A stretch of DNA of 64,000 nt from Lytechinus pictus. Its lineage: Eukaryota. Location: the NCBI RefSeq assembly GCF_037042905.1, contig NC_087263.1:10850001-10914000 (forward strand), read 5' to 3'. The translations under genes and the position numbers were made by a program. The notes beneath the pieces are model-generated. The model saw only the letters and a list, made by a program, of their open reading frames with translations, was not told the origin of the DNA and did no database searches. Below are positions 61,999 to 64,000 of the stretch, one piece after another; within the stretch, counting starts at the first letter, position 1, and the number at the start of each line of letters is the position of its first letter.

Positions 61999-62896
61999 GC
62001 CCCTTTCACAATTGACGTACGACCAGATTACGACCGCCTGCAACAGTTTTTTATTGTTGTTGCACGATTGATCTCTTGGTGTCTTGCGAGAACTCGCAGT
62101 CGTTGTAGACGATCGCACGTACTTGATGTGGTCGTGACTGGTCGCATCTAAACTTTGAACATGTTCAAAATCCAAACGCGATCAAATACGATCGATTCAC
62201 TCGCATCAGGTCGTACCATCGGTCGGGCGATCATCGTGTGAGTGTTGTTCAACGTTGTACGACTTGGCGCGAGAGGTGGCACAACTAAGTTGTCGCATTT
62301 AGTCGACTGGAGGTCGTACAACACTTGCACATGTGCTTGCGACCTACATGTACAGAGACCAGTCTTGCGACTGGGTGCGATAATATATAGGCCGTAAGAC
62401 TGTTGCAAGACCGATCGCAACACGGCTTACAACATTGCACTACCGTTGCATTCGCATGTATGCGACTGTTCCTCGGTGTGATAAAATAGGAGTTAAAAAT
62501 AGATAAAAGAGAGGGCAGAAAATATTAGAAAAAACTCCACGAAATTAAAGCTATGGCTGCTATTACATTGCTATGAGTTCGAATAGACCTCACATCAATC
62601 ACACGAACACTCGCACTGGTTTCATTCAAACGTACGAGCAATCGCATTGTCTAACGTCGGCTCTCACGACTATGCAATCAGTCGTGCAACACTCGCATGT
62701 GATCGCACGAGCACAATAGGAGCATAAGCGACTTACTCGTGCAACGGGTTTTACTGGTTGTTTTTGTAGTACGACAGCTGTTGCAACTGTGAAAGCCTCT
62801 GTGCGATCTTATGACATGACTAGCGATTGATGCCTGTTGCAGCCTGTTGCACGACCGAAAGGTCGCAAATGGTCGTACGTCAATTGTGAAAGGGGC
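61999..62896. mobile_element. PIF/Harbinger non-autonomous element with TTA TSD
   Basis: Perfect TIRs GCCCCTTTCACAATTGACGTACGACCA / TGGTCGTACGTCAATTGTGAAAGGGGC; TTA at 61996-61998 and 62897-62899. Confidence 0.9.
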
Positions 62897-62997
62897 TTAA
62901 ATGTTCATTGGTAATTGTTTTGTGCGTAAGAAATGTTCACCGGTCGTTTAAAGTTCATCTTAACCTACGAAAAGCTTTATGAAATACCCACCTGGTG

Positions 62998-63305
62998 CCT
63001 AATCACATTCTTCTCAGAGGGATACTAGGGACCGATCCCTTCGGAGTACACTGTACAACCTTATGGAGTGCATTATAGCTCCTTCTGGAGTGAACGGTGA
63101 TCACTCACTCATCTAAGAGTGATACCAGGTACCCGAATCCCTTCAGAGTGAACTGTACATCCTTATGGAGTGCATTATAGCTCATTCTGGAGTTAACCGT
63201 GATCTCTCACTCATCTAAGAGTGATACCAGGTACCAATCCCTCCAGAGTGAACTGTCCATCCTTATGGAGTGCATTATAGCTCCTACTGGAGTGAACGGT
63301 GAATC
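62998..63305. repeat. ~101-bp tandem repeat x3 (GGAGTG/CACTC-rich, likely CACTA subterminal repeats)
   Basis: GGAGTGCATTATAGCTC at 63065, 63167 and 63267. A single related unit surrounds the MITE at 27957-28189. Confidence 0.8.
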
Positions 63306-64000
63306 TTTTAGAAGCATTTTCACTACAAAAAGTGGTAAATTCTACTCTCAAAACATGTAAATCTCACCCCGGAAAGGAGTCATTAGGGACCAGATGAGGA
63401 CAAGACAACCCAAACCACTTTGAAAGTGGGGGGGGGGGGGGGGTGGGACGTAGATTTACTCAATATTATAATTTAAAACACCTAACATGCACATGTGTAT
63501 GTTATTGAATAAGAATTAATCTAAGCTCTGTAGATACATATTATTTTTGTGTTATCTAAAAGTCAAATGTTTTATGTGAATTTTCATTTCACGTTTATAT
63601 TATATAAATATACTTGTACTAGTGGAGCTCGGTTCCGTTGTAAAACAGTTTTTATAACTCAGACGAACCAACCTTCGCCTTAATCAATTTTATTATTTGT
63701 AATGAATGAAACGAATAAATGAATGAATAAACATATAAGAAAATATGTATTAATATAAAATCTCATGGCGATTTATTTTTTACACAGCATTGGTGATTTT
63801 CTCCGATTGATTGGATTGATAAGTAATAAACTGGGCTATGAGATTTGTGTCACTAAATCTTGCTGCATTATCAAATAGCATTACGAAGTGACAGATTACA
63901 AGCTCTGTTTAGCTTTAGCTTCTCACCAACCATGCCCACACACCAAACCAAACTTGGTATTAACTGGTACTTAATCCGTCAGATAAAGTTGTTAATGGCT

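Larger units (their letters stand above)
2065..64000 (+). other. Probable very large first intron of the neuropeptide gene (3' end not found in window)
   Basis: Starts with GTAAGT. A manual scan found no acceptor followed by the expected continuation (LLGRIHEDL... ending in a Cys-bounded peptide). The region is repeat-dense with no credible long ORFs. Confidence 0.55.

Overview
AT-rich eukaryotic genomic DNA, almost certainly from a sea urchin (echinoid). I infer this from the one recognisable protein and the repeat families. The only convincing coding feature is the first coding exon (1897-2064, + strand) of a secreted neuropeptide precursor. From memory it matches the sea urchin SS1 (somatostatin/allatostatin-C-type, Spnp19-like) precursor, and it ends at a phase-0 GTAAGT donor. 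I found no second exon, so the other ~62 kb looks like one very large intron, with a 169-N gap at 19738-19906. This region holds about ten tRNA-derived SINEs, CACTA-, Harbinger-, hAT- and Kolobok-type MITEs, a Helentron-associated element, local duplications and microsatellites. The standout is a recent 798-bp insertion (15154-15951) flanked by a perfect 202-bp direct repeat. It contains four tandem copies of a chimeric SINE with a 7SL (SRP Alu-domain)-like head, a B box, a Deu/Nin-like core and a (CA)n tail. This is a candidate Alu-like (SINE1) family in an invertebrate deuterostome. All alignments and family assignments were made by eye and from recall; no searches were run.
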